From assembly GCA_030697665.1 (NCBI GenBank), contig JAUYPJ010000037.1, forward strand, positions 28,089 to 92,088: a DNA stretch of 64,000 nucleotides, written 5' to 3'. This document shows positions 47,944 to 57,668 of the stretch, piece by piece. Under the pieces are notes generated by a model, which worked only from the letters and a program-made list of their open reading frames with translations, was not told the DNA's origin and made no database searches. The stretch comes from Candidatus Omnitrophota bacterium. GTDB lineage: Bacteria > Omnitrophota > Gorgyraeia > Aquiviventales > Aquiviventaceae. Position numbers and translations under genes: made by a program. Positions within the stretch are counted from its first letter, which is position 1. Each line of letters opens with the position of its first letter.

Positions 47944-48690
47944 TTATTGCGGCAACGTGCCGCAGTCCACATTGAGACACTGCCCCGTGATCGCAGACGC
48001 TGCGGGGCTGGTCAGGAAGTACACGGCCTCGGCGATCTCGTGCGCGCTGGAGAGCCGCCCCAGCGCCGTCTGCGTCGCTGCGAAGCCCTTCAGGTATTGC
48101 TCGACGTTTTGGCCACGAGCTGGTGAGACCGGCTCCGCCAGCGCGGCAAGGACCTGAGGTGTCGGCACATATCCCGGACACACCGCGTTGATGCGAATGC
48201 CCCGGGGCCCAAGCTCCTTCGCCAAGGCTTGGGTGATGCCGTTGACCGAAAACTTCGCCGCGCAGTAGACGCTGTTGTTCGCGCTGCCCCGCTTGCCGGC
48301 CAGGCTTGAGATATTCACGATGCAGCCGCCCTCTGTCATCACTTTCGCAGCGGCCGCACATCCCCACAACGTTCCCAGGACACTCGTGTCCAGCACCTCC
48401 CGCACGAAGGCCTCATCGATCTCCTCGACGGCCCGCCACCGCGAGACGCCGGCACAGTTGACGAACACATCCGGCACTCCCCACTGCTCCACGACCTTTC
48501 CAACAAAAGCGTCCAGAGCCTTGCGATCGCGCACATCCACCGAGTCGAACAGGATCCCTGGTGGCAGCGCAGGCACCGGGTGTGAGCGGCCACAGACCGC
48601 AACGGCTTCACCACGGTCATGGAACAGCTCTGCGACCGAGCGCCCAATCCCCCGTGTGCCTCCCGTGATCGCCACCACCCGCCGGCTCAT
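47944..48690 (-). CDS. Short-chain dehydrogenase/reductase
   Basis: TGGTRGIG, NCAG, YCAAK, NAVCPG. Confidence 0.9.
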   Translation of the reverse strand: MSRRVVAITGGTRGIGRSVAELFHDRGEAVAVCGRSHPVPALPPGILFDSVDVRDRKALDAFVGKVVEQWGVPDVFVNCAGVSRWRAVEEIDEAFVREVLDTSVLGTLWGCAAAAKVMTEGGCIVNISSLAGKRGSANNSVYCAAKFSVNGITQALAKELGPRGIRINAVCPGYVPTPQVLAALAEPVSPARGQNVEQYLKGFAATQTALGRLSSAHEIAEAVYFLTSPAASAITGQCLNVDCGTLPQ

Positions 48691-49448
48691 ATCGTCATGG
48701 CGGTGAAGCCGCCGTCCACCGTCACGATGGAACCCGTCACGAAGCTGGCCGCATCGGAGGCCAGCCACAGCACCGCGCCGATAAGCTCCTCGGGTTGACC
48801 AAACCGACCCATTGGGGTGTGGTTGAGGATGGCGGTCTTGCGCGGCTCGTCAATGAAGTGCTGCATGCTCCAGGCGGTTGGGAAGAATCCTGGCCGCAGG
48901 GCGTTCACCCGCACATTGAACGGCGCCCACTCCCGCGCAAGGTTCTGCGTCAGATTGGCCACGCCCGCCTTGGACGTCGAGTAGACAAACGCCTTCGAGA
49001 GTGGCGGACCGTTGGACACCGAGGTGAAGTTGATGATGCTGCCGGCGCGCTGTCGAATCATGGCCTCACCGAAGACCTGACAACTCAAGAATGTTCCCAG
49101 GAGGTTCACCCGCGTGATCCGATCGAACTCCTCGAGTGAGATCTCGAAGAATGTCGTCGGCGCATTTGCGCCGGCCCCGTTGAGCAGGACGTCGATCCGC
49201 CCATGCTCCCCCAGGATTTCTTCCCGAGCACGGATGAGATCGTCCTTCGACGTCACGTCGCACCGGATGTAGGGAAGCGTGCCGGCGATGCCTGGATTGT
49301 CCTTCGTCGGCTGGGAGATATCGAGCAGGAACACCGACATCCCTGCCTCACGCATCGCTTCCGCCGCCGTTGAGCAGAGGTACCCCCCGCCCCCAATGAC
49401 CGCGGCCACTTTTCCGCGCAGATTGAAGCGCTCCTCAACTGTCGGCAT
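48687..49448 (-). CDS. Short-chain dehydrogenase/reductase (sugar-acid oxidoreductase-like)
   Basis: IGGGGYLC, NGAG, YSTSK, TPMGRFG, VDGG. Confidence 0.9.
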   Translation of the reverse strand: MPTVEERFNLRGKVAAVIGGGGYLCSTAAEAMREAGMSVFLLDISQPTKDNPGIAGTLPYIRCDVTSKDDLIRAREEILGEHGRIDVLLNGAGANAPTTFFEISLEEFDRITRVNLLGTFLSCQVFGEAMIRQRAGSIINFTSVSNGPPLSKAFVYSTSKAGVANLTQNLAREWAPFNVRVNALRPGFFPTAWSMQHFIDEPRKTAILNHTPMGRFGQPEELIGAVLWLASDAASFVTGSIVTVDGGFTAMTI

Positions 49449-50277
49449 GGCACGCCTCGATCATCGCATCAAACTCCTCGCTTCGCTGCGCCAGGTTGAA
49501 GACGTCGGAGCCCAGAACGAAAAACGTGAACCCGGAAGCGAGATGCTGTCGTATCCCCTCGAGGCTCGGGCGCACGAGGTGTGTGCCACAACTCTTGCCA
49601 GCCGAGGCGCACGCCGCCACCACGCGCCCGGCCGCCTCAGTCACGCGGGGATCGGACAGCTTCCCTGGAATGCCAAGGGAACCAGAGAGGTCGTAGGGTC
49701 CCACCATCACGCCATCCACATCCGGATGCGTCACGATGGAGCCGATCTGCTCCACTGCGGTGATCGTTTCCACCTGGACGATGAGCGGCAGGGAGGCGTT
49801 GGCTGCCCGCACATAGGCGTCAAACGCGCGCCCATACCGGTGGGCCGCGGCAACCCCAAAGCTGCGTTTGCCTTCAGGGGGGTAGCGGAGCGCCTCCACG
49901 ACTCGATCAATATCCTCAGGATGTGAGACCTGTGGCACGATGACGCCATCGGCCCCGGCATCCAGCAAGCGGCGGACCTGCTCCAGATTGCCCGGCGCAA
50001 TACGCGGCAGGCACGCGCGGCCACACTCGTGGCAGGCGCGGATGATCTGTTGCGCCACCGAGAGGTCAATGGTCGTATGCTCCAGATCGAAGCCGACGAA
50101 GTCGCCTCTGGCGTTCGCGAAGATGCTGGCAATCTCTGGATGGCCGATCGACACCCACGCCCCAAAAGTTCGCTCCCGCTTCTTCAGTTGACGACGCAAC
50201 CGCCCCGCCACAGCCAGGGGATTTGCAACCCCCATCCGCTTCCTTCGCTTCACCTGAGTGCCCTCGTTCACCATCAC
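49435..50277 (-). CDS. HpcH/HpaI class II pyruvate aldolase
   Basis: DLEHT, LLDAGADGVIVP, VQVET, VGPYDLSGSLG. Confidence 0.9.
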   Translation of the reverse strand: MMVNEGTQVKRRKRMGVANPLAVAGRLRRQLKKRERTFGAWVSIGHPEIASIFANARGDFVGFDLEHTTIDLSVAQQIIRACHECGRACLPRIAPGNLEQVRRLLDAGADGVIVPQVSHPEDIDRVVEALRYPPEGKRSFGVAAAHRYGRAFDAYVRAANASLPLIVQVETITAVEQIGSIVTHPDVDGVMVGPYDLSGSLGIPGKLSDPRVTEAAGRVVAACASAGKSCGTHLVRPSLEGIRQHLASGFTFFVLGSDVFNLAQRSEEFDAMIEACHADS

Positions 50278-51986
50278 AGAGAGACCGCCTTTCGCAGAAT
50301 CGTGAATTCGCCAATGACCGTCTCAACGCGGTAGGGGAAACTCGAGCGGTCGTGAAGCCACTGAGCCTTCGTCGTCGGGACCACCAGATAGTCGGGGGCT
50401 CCAATGGCGCTCAGGCTCGCCGTGACGCCGGATGCGTCGTGTCGCTCCCACGCGTCGATGAGCGGGTCGTGATGTGGTTCACGTTCATTGACGGACCACA
50501 TAATGGAGGGGTAATCAAAGATGAACACGACGCGAGGTCCAAATGGCATGGACCGACCGCTTCGCGTGCGCAAGGACCCCTCGAACTTGAATCGTTCAGC
50601 ACGCCACGGATAGTCCCGCATCGTCAGCGCGAGGACCGTCGAGTCGGGCGGGGTCCGTTCTCGGAAGTACTCGTTGATCCCCACCCACTTGGCTCCCGGG
50701 TTGTCCCCCATGATGCCATGCTGAGCCAAAAACCGAAGGGCCGGCCATCGATGGACCGTCCACGAGACCAATGTGGACAACGTCGTGGCGCCAAGCGCTG
50801 CGGCGATGATCCGCAGCCGCCAGGAGGAAGGCACCGCCGCCAGCGTGACGTTCCGGCACCGTGCCCACACGTACCACCACAGCCACATGAGTCCAAGCAG
50901 GACGCCGACTACGCTGGCCCGCTTCAGATGGAACGGTGTCTGATAGATCGCCAGCACCACTGCAGAGCAGACCCACACGCCTCTCCATGAGGAGGTCGTG
51001 CCGAGCCGCCTCAACGCCGAGGCCGCGATCGCGACGAGGAGGACGTACTGCGTCCAACACAGGGCTCTCTCGAATTCAAAGGGAACCACGTAGGGGATCT
51101 TGAGAATGTCCGGCGCGTAGGACAGGTACAGCCCACCAAGCAACCAGACGGCCGCCCCCATGACGGCGATGGTCTTCACCCGCTGTTCAAGCACAACGGA
51201 AGGGAGCTTGACCCACCAGGCTCCGGCACACACCACCACAAAAGCCAGGTTATGCCACCAGGTGTCCCAGAAGGGGTTGGCTTCCGGGCCTTCCATCTCA
51301 TACAGGATGAAGTCGAACAGGGCCACCTGGTTTGGATCCCCTGGCCGTATCGCCACGTAATACACCCCAAGCACCGCCGCAATCAGTCCCAGGACGCAGA
51401 GCCCCACACGCCATTTGGCGCGGGTTGTCAACCGTTCCTTGAACAGGATGGTGAGTCCGATCAGGATTGGCAACCACACGTTCTTCGGGGAGATCAGCGC
51501 GAGGAGAACCATGAGGACGAAGATGAGGGCCGGGTGCTTCCCTGCAAGCGCCAAGTACAACATCCAAAAGATGACAGGTCCTGCCATGGTCGTGGGGTTA
51601 AACTCCAACGCGCTGACAAACTGCGGGCGCTTAAACCCCCCGTTCCCAATCATCAGCATCAGGGAGAGCATCGCGACACGTGCTGCGGGGCGGTCTGCGC
51701 CAAACAACCTTGCAGTCTTGTCCAATGCCACCACGGCCAGGAGGACGAGCCCACCGTACACGAAGATCGTAAAGCGATCGTCCAGCCAGAGGTCACCCGT
51801 CAATCGTACGATGACATAATAGAGCGAGAGCAGCGTCGGCCGAAATGGCGGCATGTAGCGATCGACAGAGAAGCTTTCCGGATGGAGGACCTGAAACGCG
51901 CCGCCAAAGTACAGCGAAAGATACTCCAGCCCGGTGAAGCGCGTCACGGTATACAGGAGAGTGCAGAGGCCCATGAAGAACCACAT
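50274..51986 (-). CDS. Polytopic membrane protein (possible GT-C transferase)
   Basis: About 12 hydrophobic segments plus a soluble C-terminal domain; no specific motif recognised. Confidence 0.55.
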   Translation of the reverse strand: MWFFMGLCTLLYTVTRFTGLEYLSLYFGGAFQVLHPESFSVDRYMPPFRPTLLSLYYVIVRLTGDLWLDDRFTIFVYGGLVLLAVVALDKTARLFGADRPAARVAMLSLMLMIGNGGFKRPQFVSALEFNPTTMAGPVIFWMLYLALAGKHPALIFVLMVLLALISPKNVWLPILIGLTILFKERLTTRAKWRVGLCVLGLIAAVLGVYYVAIRPGDPNQVALFDFILYEMEGPEANPFWDTWWHNLAFVVVCAGAWWVKLPSVVLEQRVKTIAVMGAAVWLLGGLYLSYAPDILKIPYVVPFEFERALCWTQYVLLVAIAASALRRLGTTSSWRGVWVCSAVVLAIYQTPFHLKRASVVGVLLGLMWLWWYVWARCRNVTLAAVPSSWRLRIIAAALGATTLSTLVSWTVHRWPALRFLAQHGIMGDNPGAKWVGINEYFRERTPPDSTVLALTMRDYPWRAERFKFEGSLRTRSGRSMPFGPRVVFIFDYPSIMWSVNEREPHHDPLIDAWERHDASGVTASLSAIGAPDYLVVPTTKAQWLHDRSSFPYRVETVIGEFTILRKAVSL

Positions 51987-51987
51987 G

Positions 51988-52929
51988 TCAGCTTCTTGCC
52001 TCTTCGACTGGCTGCCATGAGTCGCGCTGCATCACCCCGCTCGAACGGCTCCATTGGAACTGCGCCACCACCCGCGGCCCCGCGTCGCGCGCCCTGGACA
52101 ATCGTACGGCATCCCAGGCCTGTCGCGCCGCGTGCTTCAACGCGTAGTCCCAGGTGTACCTCGGATTCTGGTCCGGACGATCCACAATCGTCACTCGCCC
52201 AGGATGCGCTGTGCGTCTGAACACGCCAAGGGCTGTCTCCGCGGTTCCTGTCGAGGCCACGAACAGCTCCTTGGGCACAAACCGGCTGTGCCTCCCGCCG
52301 AGGACCGTGTGGCTTCGGTAGACAGCGACCTCAGCTTCCGGCGCTTCGGCCATGACCGCGTCGATGAGCTCCTGAAGGTTCACCACGATAAACGGCATCC
52401 ACCCGTCATAGTGATATTGGCAGGAGTGTTCTGGATTCCACTCGGTCGGGCCGACGTCCCGCGTGCGGCATCGGACGATGACCGCTTCCTCTGCGATTCG
52501 GATGAGCTCAGAGAGGAAGGCGAGGGGCTCGGCCTGGTGCTGGATGACGTCCTTGGCGTACACGATCTGCGGATGCTCCGGAAGACCACGGGCCCGGAGG
52601 GTCGCGCTGACGGACGCGGCGGGGTCGCTCACGACGAATGTCCCCTCCGGGTACTTCTGTTTGGCTCGCGCGATGGCCGGACCGGAGACGTCCAGACCGC
52701 AGTAGCGCGCGCGGGGATAGCGACGGCGCAGGTAGCGGTAGAACTCTCCGGTGGCGCATCCGAGTTCCAGCAGGTCCAGCGGACGATCCGTGGCAACCCG
52801 CTCGTTCAACAGCCGGACGTCGTTGAAGCCTTCCTGGTTACGGACCAGGTTGCGCCGATCAAGCTGCCAGCGTCCGTCGAATGCCTCCGCATGCCGCTGG
52901 TGTTGCCAATCGTCGTACCACGAGTTCAT
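51988..52929 (-). CDS. Class I SAM-dependent methyltransferase
   Basis: LLELGCATG, YCGLDVS, DVIQH. Confidence 0.82.
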   Translation of the reverse strand: MNSWYDDWQHQRHAEAFDGRWQLDRRNLVRNQEGFNDVRLLNERVATDRPLDLLELGCATGEFYRYLRRRYPRARYCGLDVSGPAIARAKQKYPEGTFVVSDPAASVSATLRARGLPEHPQIVYAKDVIQHQAEPLAFLSELIRIAEEAVIVRCRTRDVGPTEWNPEHSCQYHYDGWMPFIVVNLQELIDAVMAEAPEAEVAVYRSHTVLGGRHSRFVPKELFVASTGTAETALGVFRRTAHPGRVTIVDRPDQNPRYTWDYALKHAARQAWDAVRLSRARDAGPRVVAQFQWSRSSGVMQRDSWQPVEEARS

Positions 52930-53069
52930 CCCACCACCTGTTCATGGGCCGGTTCAATCATATCGAGAGATTGCAGCGAACGAACCGGCCCTGGTTCGCT
53001 GCAGGGTGGTTTCAAGCTATCGGGCGAACCGCTCCGCCTACGGCGGAACTGAACAGGTGGTGGGATCAT
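52926..53069 (-). mobile_element. Relay cassette copy 5; 47-aa mini-ORF MIPPPVQFRRRRSGSPDSLKPPCSEPGPVRSLQSLDMIEPAHEQVVG
   Basis: IR ATCCCACCACCTGTTCA / TGAACAGGTGGTGGGAT; ATGA at both ends; several stop triplets occur but none in the relay frame. Confidence 0.78.
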
Positions 53070-53824
53070 GCCGGCACGCGCGCCAGACGAGGACCCTGTT
53101 CAGAGAGACGCTCCGGCTGTCGATGCGCTTCAACCTGCTCTAGCTTCGCGGCGTCCCGGAGGAACTGCCGGACCGTCTCCTTGCTGTAGGGATGCACCAG
53201 CATCCCTTCCACCAACGCTGGGACCGCGGTGACAATATCCGCGCCCGCCTCAAACCATTCCACAATGTTCAGGATTTCGCGGGTGGACCCGACGATGATC
53301 TTCGCGGGGCTGCCGAACGCGTCCAAGAGGCTGCGCAGCCGGCGGATCTCCTGACAGGCGTTGTAGCCCATGTTGTTGACCCGCCCCCCGAACAACGAGA
53401 CATAGGTCGCACCCGCCATCGCCGCCAGCAGACACTGCTGTGCGCTCATCATGGCGGTCACGTTGACGCGAATGTCGTGTCGCGTCTCCAGCTCGTGCAC
53501 GAGCCGCAAGTTCTCCGTCCCGCCCCCCACGTCGTGAATCGGAATCTTGACGTTGATGTTGGGCGCCCAGCTGACAAACCTCTGGGCCTGCTCGAGCATA
53601 CCGTCCTGGTCGTTGGTGGTCACTTCCACCGAGACGGGAAGCGGCTCCACGAGCTTGGCAATGTGCCGGCAGCGCTCCTCAATTCCCGGCCAGCCTCCTC
53701 GCACGCCTTCTTTCGCCAGGATCGTCGGGTTAGTTGTGACGCCGCGGATGATCCCCAACGCATGATACTTCTGAATCTCTTCCAGCCTGCCTGTGTCCAA
53801 GAAGATCCCCGTCAAGCTTCTCAT
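53066..53824 (-). CDS. Transaldolase/fructose-6-phosphate aldolase family
   Basis: IFLDTG, GVTTNPT, NVKIP, VNVTA, YVSLFGGR. Confidence 0.9.
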   Translation of the reverse strand: MRSLTGIFLDTGRLEEIQKYHALGIIRGVTTNPTILAKEGVRGGWPGIEERCRHIAKLVEPLPVSVEVTTNDQDGMLEQAQRFVSWAPNINVKIPIHDVGGGTENLRLVHELETRHDIRVNVTAMMSAQQCLLAAMAGATYVSLFGGRVNNMGYNACQEIRRLRSLLDAFGSPAKIIVGSTREILNIVEWFEAGADIVTAVPALVEGMLVHPYSKETVRQFLRDAAKLEQVEAHRQPERLSEQGPRLARVPA

Positions 53825-53871
53825 TGCTTCCACCTTTCTTCAGGACTGCGCCTGGGCCATGGGGTCCGCCG

Positions 53872-55827
53872 TCAATCGGGCGCAAGCTCCCGCTGCCATA
53901 CTTCCTGGGGCTCCCCCATCGGGGTCTGCTCCGCCTTCTCGATGACGAAACACTCCAACACGAGCGCATCGATCTGCGTGCGCATGAAACACCGATAGGC
54001 ATCCTCCGGTGTGCAGACAATCGGCTCCCCACGAACATTGAAAGACGTATTGATGATCACCGGGCAGCCGGTGCGCTCGTAGAAGGCGCGCAGGATGTCG
54101 TAGAACAGCGGGTTGTGCTCCCGCCGCACGGTCTGGATCCTCGCCGAGTGATCGACGTGGGTCACCGCGGGAATCTCCGAGCGGGGTATCTTCAGCTTCT
54201 CAAGGCCCAGGCGCGCCTCATCGGCTGGCGCGAGTGGGAGACGCCGATGTGCAGCCACATCGGCCACGAGCAGCATGTACGGGCTCTCCCCGTCGAACGC
54301 GAACCAGTCGGCGACATGCTCCCGCAACACGCAGGGAGCGAACGGCCGGAACGATTCCCGGAACTTGATCTTGAGGTTCATGAGCGACTGCATCGCCGGG
54401 GACCGCGCGTCCCCGATGATGGACCGCGCCCCGAGCGCCCTCGGGCCGAACTCCATGCGCGATTGAAACAGGCCGATGACCTTGCCAGCGGCCAGCAGCT
54501 CCGCCACGCGCTCCACGAGCGCCACCTGCTCAAAACGCGCGGCAGGGTAGCCGTGGCGCGCCAGCCATGCACCGATTTCCTCTTCGGAGAAGGCCGGACC
54601 CAAGAGCGCACCCTGCATTCGATCCGCGTACGCGGGCAGTCCGTTGTGCTCATGGGCTGACGTGACCGTAACACCCTCGACGCGTTCCCCGCCTGCGCCA
54701 ACGGTCACAGGCGCCGGCGCATGCTCGAGGCGCGTCGCAGGCCGCCACGTGCCTTCGCGCTCCGGGCTGAGCCGAGGCTTCCCCAGGTACCGGTGCCAGA
54801 GCGCCATCGCAACGCCTAAGGCCCCCCCAGCATCACCCGCAGCCGGCTGGACCCAGACTTCTTTGAACGGACCCTCCCGCAAGATCCGGCCATTGCCGAC
54901 ACAGTTCAACGCAACCCCACCCGCGAGACACAGGTATGGAAGCTGCGTCTGACGATACACCTGGCGGGCCATGCGGAGCATCACCTCCTCGGTGACCTCC
55001 TGGATCGAGCGGGCGAGGTCCATCTCCCGCTGGGTGATGGGGCCCTCAGGCTTGCGTGGAGGCCCTTCAAATAATCGCTCAAAGGCGGAGGAAGTCATGG
55101 TCAGACCTGTGCAGTAGTTGAAGTACTCAAGGTTGAGCCACAGGCTGCCATCTTCGCGAATGTCCACGAGGTGATCGCGAATGGTGTCGACGTACCGAGG
55201 CTCGCCGTAGGGGGCCAGACCCATCAACTTGTATTCGCCCGAGTTCACCTTAAACCCGCAGAAATAGGTGAACGCTGAGTACAACAATCCCAATGAGTGG
55301 GGAAAGCGCATCTCTTCCAGAAGCACCAGCTCACTGCCCTTCCCGTAGCCATACGAGGCGGTGGCCCATTCCCCAACGGCATCCATCGTCAGGATCGCCG
55401 CTTCCTCAAATGGCGACGGATAGAAGGCCGAGGCGGCATGCGACTCGTGGTGATCGCCGAATAAGACGGGACGCGTCCAGCCAAGCTCCCGCTGAATCGT
55501 GTCCGACAACCACAGCTTCTCTCCGAGCCACACCGGCATCGCCATCAGGAATGAGCGGACGCCCCGCGGGGCGTAGCCCAGATAGGTTTCGATGAGCCGC
55601 TCAAACTTCACAATGGGTTTCTCATAGAAGCCAACGAGATCGACGGTCTCGATGGGAATCCCGCCAGCCTTGAGGCAGTACGCAATGGCCTGCGACGGAA
55701 AGCGCTCATCGTGCTTCTTGCGCGTGAAGCGCTCCTCTTGCGCCGCCGCGACGATCTGGCCATCGACCAGCAGGCAGGCGGCTGCGTCGTGGTAGTATGC
55801 GGAAATTCCCAGGATCCGTGTCGTCAT
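53872..55827 (-). CDS. O-carbamoyltransferase (NodU/CmcH/SxtI family)
   Basis: ILGISAYYHDAAA, QEERF.R.KH, HHESHAAS, GEYKLMGLAPYG, EFGPRALG, NTSFNVRGEP. Confidence 0.95.
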   Translation of the reverse strand: MTTRILGISAYYHDAAACLLVDGQIVAAAQEERFTRKKHDERFPSQAIAYCLKAGGIPIETVDLVGFYEKPIVKFERLIETYLGYAPRGVRSFLMAMPVWLGEKLWLSDTIQRELGWTRPVLFGDHHESHAASAFYPSPFEEAAILTMDAVGEWATASYGYGKGSELVLLEEMRFPHSLGLLYSAFTYFCGFKVNSGEYKLMGLAPYGEPRYVDTIRDHLVDIREDGSLWLNLEYFNYCTGLTMTSSAFERLFEGPPRKPEGPITQREMDLARSIQEVTEEVMLRMARQVYRQTQLPYLCLAGGVALNCVGNGRILREGPFKEVWVQPAAGDAGGALGVAMALWHRYLGKPRLSPEREGTWRPATRLEHAPAPVTVGAGGERVEGVTVTSAHEHNGLPAYADRMQGALLGPAFSEEEIGAWLARHGYPAARFEQVALVERVAELLAAGKVIGLFQSRMEFGPRALGARSIIGDARSPAMQSLMNLKIKFRESFRPFAPCVLREHVADWFAFDGESPYMLLVADVAAHRRLPLAPADEARLGLEKLKIPRSEIPAVTHVDHSARIQTVRREHNPLFYDILRAFYERTGCPVIINTSFNVRGEPIVCTPEDAYRCFMRTQIDALVLECFVIEKAEQTPMGEPQEVWQRELAPD

Positions 55828-55958
55828 CGAGTGCGGCCCTGCGCAACCGCGAAGAAATAGGCCCGAGCGCCCAGCTCTCCGCCCAACAGGACCAGGACGG
55901 TGGGCACGACCAGCAGCGCAAGGCGCATCCGCCATGAAATGGGGCGAGGCGTTCCCAT
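55824..55958 (-). pseudogene. 44-aa single-TM ORF, probably the remnant N-terminus of a deleted SGNH-type gene
   Basis: MGTPRPISWRMRLALLVVPTVLVLLGGELGARAYFFAVAQGRTR; overlaps both neighbours (TGATG, ATGA). Confidence 0.45.
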
Positions 55959-56116
55959 CAGAACAAGGTATAGACAAATGGCGCCATGGGCGTGCTCTGG
56001 GCGGCAATGAGCACGAGCCCGAAGAGCACCATGAGCACGACAATCGGAATCAGCCAATACTTCTTCTGCTCCCGCAGGAGCTGCCACACCTCAACGAGCA
56101 CGCGCGCTTTGCTCAT
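55958..56116 (-). CDS. DUF5989 / SxtK-like small membrane protein
   Basis: KKYWLIPIV...APFVYTLF signature. Confidence 0.88.
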   Translation of the reverse strand: MSKARVLVEVWQLLREQKKYWLIPIVVLMVLFGLVLIAAQSTPMAPFVYTLF

Positions 56117-56190
56117 TATAGCCGTAGTAGAGTTCGCCGGGTTCTCCATGCCGCAACACGTAGACTCCGTACCTGCAAATTAGTGCTGGG

Positions 56191-56247
56191 TGACATTCAG
56201 CCAGAGACTTACGTTCGCTGCGTTCCGTAAGTCTCGACTTCATGTCA
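56191..56247. other. Imperfect inverted repeat just downstream of the sxtJ-like gene
   Basis: gagacttacg / cgtaagtctc core with outer tgacat / atgtca arms; no U-tract. Confidence 0.5.
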
Positions 56248-56640
56248 GTACATCCGCTCGTAATGTTTGGGATCTCGGTGCCGGTCCGGGTGCGGCACCC
56301 AGCCACTGCCACGGCCGGCGCGTCGCCGGTGCAGCGAATCCCACCCGCACCGGCGTAGGATGACCCCTGTCGGTGTGACCACTGTGAAGAAGCAGAACGT
56401 CAACAGCACACGGGTGTTGATCCATCCAAGCGCGTGCGCCAGCCGCCACCAGAAGCGGCTGGGGATGTGCAGCGTCGAAGGCCTCAGCCACCCGAGGCCG
56501 ATGAGCCACAGCGAGAGGTTCCCTAAGATCCATGGCGCCACCGGATGCCCTCGCCATGCCGTGAGCAGTGCCAGTAGTCCGCATACTGCGCCGATGCACA
56601 GCCCAAACGACCTCTCTTGACGATTATCTCTGTGCGTCAT
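56245..56640 (-). CDS. SxtJ-family membrane protein
   Basis: RSFG, W..LAHALGWINTRVLL..FF.V.TP.G, ends YERMY. Confidence 0.85.
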   Translation of the reverse strand: MTHRDNRQERSFGLCIGAVCGLLALLTAWRGHPVAPWILGNLSLWLIGLGWLRPSTLHIPSRFWWRLAHALGWINTRVLLTFCFFTVVTPTGVILRRCGWDSLHRRRAGRGSGWVPHPDRHRDPKHYERMY

Positions 56641-57661
56641 CAAGCAGCTCCAGCACCGGCTCCACAAGCGCCGCAGCCATCCGCTCGTTTCCCGTTGCGC
56701 TGAGGTGCATGCCATCCAGGCACAGCGTCGGATCCTTCAGGTCAACGAGGTTGCGGCCGAGGTTGACATAGCGTAGCCGCGGTTCACTGCTGAAGCGCGC
56801 GTTCAACATATTCGCCATTGCGGCCTGCTGGACCACATGCTCATCCGAGAGGTAGGGCTCTGTCACAACGAGGACTCCTTTCCCACGGCCCAAGGCATAC
56901 TCGACCGCAACCGCCACACTCTCGCAGTAGTGGGCCCAACGCTGTCCGCAATCTGAAACCGCAAAGGAGGCCACCGCATCTGGGTGCGTCACATGGCCGA
57001 CCTGATGCTCAAGGGCTGCTCGGATCTCATCAGCCGTCTTGTGGACCTCCGGGTTGGCCTGGTTCCCCACCCCAGGCCGAAACACGACGGCTTGTGCCCG
57101 ATACGCTGCCTCTAAGTTGCCTCCGTGGCGTAGCGTCATCCATTTCTCTCTGACGACCAGCGGCAGGATTGGATAGTAGCCCGTGAGCTTGAACATGAGC
57201 GATTCCTGTCGGAAGACGTTGACGTTCGGCTCCTCGTTGAGGTCATTGTAGCCTGTATAAAACAGCGCGAGGTCATAGTCCAGAAACTCGTAATCCTTCA
57301 GGGTGGGTAACAAGGCGTACGCTCCCTCACGGTTGTACGCCAGATTTGCCACGCTGACAGGTCCGCGGCCCTCGTGTCGCCGCTGGATGTTGAGCTGCCG
57401 TTCTAAGGCGGCGGGTAACGCCTCATGCGAACGCACACCGTAGCCGAAAGCCGCGCTTCCACCCAGGACCACGACGCGCTGCTCTTCGGCTTGCTTGCGT
57501 CCAACCAGCGCTCCGCGGTAGCTCCGGATGTTCAGCCCTCCGGCTCGTTCGAAGCGCCGATGGAGGTAGAGGTCAATCGGAAGGGCTACAGCAATCGTCA
57601 GGGCTCCGGACACCACCATGAGTGTCGCACACGCAATACATTTCTTCCTGACCCACATCAT
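56624..57661 (-). CDS. SGNH/GDSL hydrolase-like membrane-anchored protein
   Basis: LGGSAAFGYG, YTGYND, DGMHLSATGN. Confidence 0.8.
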   Translation of the reverse strand: MMWVRKKCIACATLMVVSGALTIAVALPIDLYLHRRFERAGGLNIRSYRGALVGRKQAEEQRVVVLGGSAAFGYGVRSHEALPAALERQLNIQRRHEGRGPVSVANLAYNREGAYALLPTLKDYEFLDYDLALFYTGYNDLNEEPNVNVFRQESLMFKLTGYYPILPLVVREKWMTLRHGGNLEAAYRAQAVVFRPGVGNQANPEVHKTADEIRAALEHQVGHVTHPDAVASFAVSDCGQRWAHYCESVAVAVEYALGRGKGVLVVTEPYLSDEHVVQQAAMANMLNARFSSEPRLRYVNLGRNLVDLKDPTLCLDGMHLSATGNERMAAALVEPVLELLDDAQR

Positions 57662-57668
57662 TCGCTGG

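Noticed and set aside
56115-56120. TATAAT on the minus strand before DUF5989
   Set aside because: It overlaps the start codon and has no convincing -35
53872-57661. Saxitoxin biosynthesis
   Set aside because: Only the widespread sxtIJKL-like genes are present; no sxtA/G/B core
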